A stretch of 64,000 nt of DNA from Gracilinanus agilis. Taxonomy: Eukaryota. The stretch spans positions 69,556,800-69,620,799 of the forward strand of contig NC_058135.1 in NCBI RefSeq assembly GCF_016433145.1, given 5' to 3'. Shown here in pieces: positions 62,492 through 64,000 of the stretch (positions within the stretch are counted from its first letter, which is position 1; each line of letters begins with the position of its first letter). Position numbers and translations under genes: made by a program. Under the pieces are notes generated by a model. It did no database searches. It was not told where the DNA came from and worked only from the letters and a program-made list of their open reading frames with translations.

Positions 62492-62562
62492 GAGTCCTGA
62501 CTTCCAGAAGGGATTTTCAGAAGTCCCCATGTGGCAGGTGACATGTCTGGAAATCAGGACTC
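62492..62562. other. 71-nt T-shaped palindrome (long stem with two internal hairpins)
   Basis: GAGTCCTGACTTCCAGA pairs with TCTGGAAATCAGGACTC at 16 of 17 positions. Inner arms are GGGATTT/AAGTCCC and CATGT/ACATG. Confidence 0.85.
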
Positions 62563-62596
62563 AGGATCCAGACCATCCAGTCAAAAAGCCACAGTA

Positions 62597-62796
62597 AGGG
62601 GGCAGCTGGGTATCTCAGTGGATTGAGAGCCAGGCCTAGAGACGGGAGGTCCTAGGTTCAAACCTGACCTAAGACACTTCCCAGCCGTGTGACCCTGGGC
62701 AAGTCACTTGACCCCCATTGCCTAGCCCTTTACCACTCTTCTGCCTTGGAGCCAATACACAGTATTGGCTCCAAGACAGAAGGTAAGGGTTTAAAA
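62597..62796 (+). mobile_element. Young SINE1_Mdo-type SINE
   Basis: Perfect TSD AAAAAGCCACAGTA at 62583-62596 and 62797-62810; CpGs retained. Confidence 0.97.
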
Positions 62797-63609
62797 AAAA
62801 AGCCACAGTAGGAGTAACATCATTAACCTCATAAGAGCAGGGGCCAGGTGGTAGCATGCTCTCTTGGTGCTGGACTCTCCCTGAACATGAGTTGGAGTGT
62901 GATCGCTCTTCCTTTTCTGGAGCACTTATTGCTGCCCTTGAACTTCAGTTGACATCAAGGAAGCATGGAAGTGATTTTTTTTTTAGTTAGGGTAATCTCG
63001 TGATTTTTCTCTCTCCAACTTTTACTTTTTTACAACTTTTACTAATAAATAATTTAATATACATTCTCCAAGAAAATTTTAGTCATTACATATGTAAGAT
63101 AATTGGAGCATTTTGAAGAAGAGAAAATGATAGCATATGCTAAGCCCTTGCCTAAATCAGATGTTAATTTGTATGTAAGTCCTTAAGTGCTAAGGAATTG
63201 CCTGGGGCATATAGAAGTTCAGTGACTTATCTAGGGTCCTATGCAACTGTTTACTGTCAGAGGTAATATTTGAGACTCAATATTCTTGATGCTAAGAAAG
63301 AATATTATTCTGACAAATAACTAAGAATCAATCCACAAATGTACAAATTCAAAATTAAAACAGTTCCTTCCTTCAAAAAAGCTTGCATCCCAGTGGGAGA
63401 AGAAAAGTTCTAAATATCTAGGTATGTACAGAATGCATGCAAATTAAGACCTGGTTCTTTGGGCCTGTAGGTAGAAGAGAACCCTAGCTGTTGGGTGGAT
63501 GAGGAAAGACTTCCTTGGAGGGCCACTCAGGTCTAAAATGAAAACTTCCCAGACTTTGATCTTGACAACTTAAATTTTGTACGGTTTCTTATTTCAATGA
63601 TGGTTTTGC

Positions 63610-64000
63610 TAGTAATAAAAAAAAGTTGTATGATTCTTCAATAAATTCACATTTTCCCTGTAAAAATTTTCCCCCACCAACTCTAACCCCATAAGATAAG
63701 CTGTACCTGAACCCAGCACACTCGATTCATTTTTTGCCATGACATTTTAATTTAAAAAGAAAAAAAAAAAACAAAAATAGAAGAAAAAAAACCTAGTGAA
63801 CATTCCCTAACCAAGTTAATTCCCCTTAACCAATTTCAGTCAGCCAACATCAATTGAACAGATGGTCTTTCAAGTACTTTTGTATCCTGCCAGATGAAAG
63901 ACCAGAATGAACTGAAAAGGGGAATGGTAAAAGCCCAGGAAGGAAGACTCCACAAGCCACATGTTATATAGCCTCTCCTTCCCAACTGGGCTGGATATTC
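63610..64000 (-). mobile_element. Old antisense L1 3' UTR fragment
   Basis: CATTTTTTGCCATGAC...CAACATCAATTGAACAGATGGTCTTTCAAG pattern seen in marsupial L1 ends. Confidence 0.5.

Noticed and set aside
1-64000. tRNA, snRNA, rRNA, CRISPR array, intact retroviral or non-retroviral viral ORFs
   Set aside because: None recognised. tRNA-like A/B boxes occur only within SINE heads, and the longest ORF in the track is 126 aa.

Overview
This window is AT-rich, repeat-dense mammalian genomic DNA. The SINE1_Mdo-, MAR1- and WALLSI-type SINEs and the opossum-type L1 3' ends point to a didelphid marsupial, most likely Monodelphis domestica; this comes from my recall of repeat consensus sequences, not from a database search. 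I could not identify any intact protein-coding gene, tRNA, rRNA or CRISPR array. Most entries in the ORF track are decayed L1, L2 or CR1(L3) reading frames, their antisense, or chance ORFs. The window is a layered record of transposons: old MIR, L2 and L3 copies, several L1 fragments (one with an ORF1-plus-3'-end, HAL1-like layout), at least six solo LTRs, hAT MITEs and young SINE1 copies with clear target-site duplications (TSDs). The most interesting non-repeat signals are three. First, a near-perfect T-shaped three-way palindrome at 62492-62562. Second, a set of minus-strand, phase-1 symmetric exon-like segments that splice into one open frame. Third, two decayed ORF-like islands. All gene-like calls are low-confidence and need transcript or conservation data. 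I found no evidence strong enough to claim a new biological system. Boundaries of old repeats are approximate.
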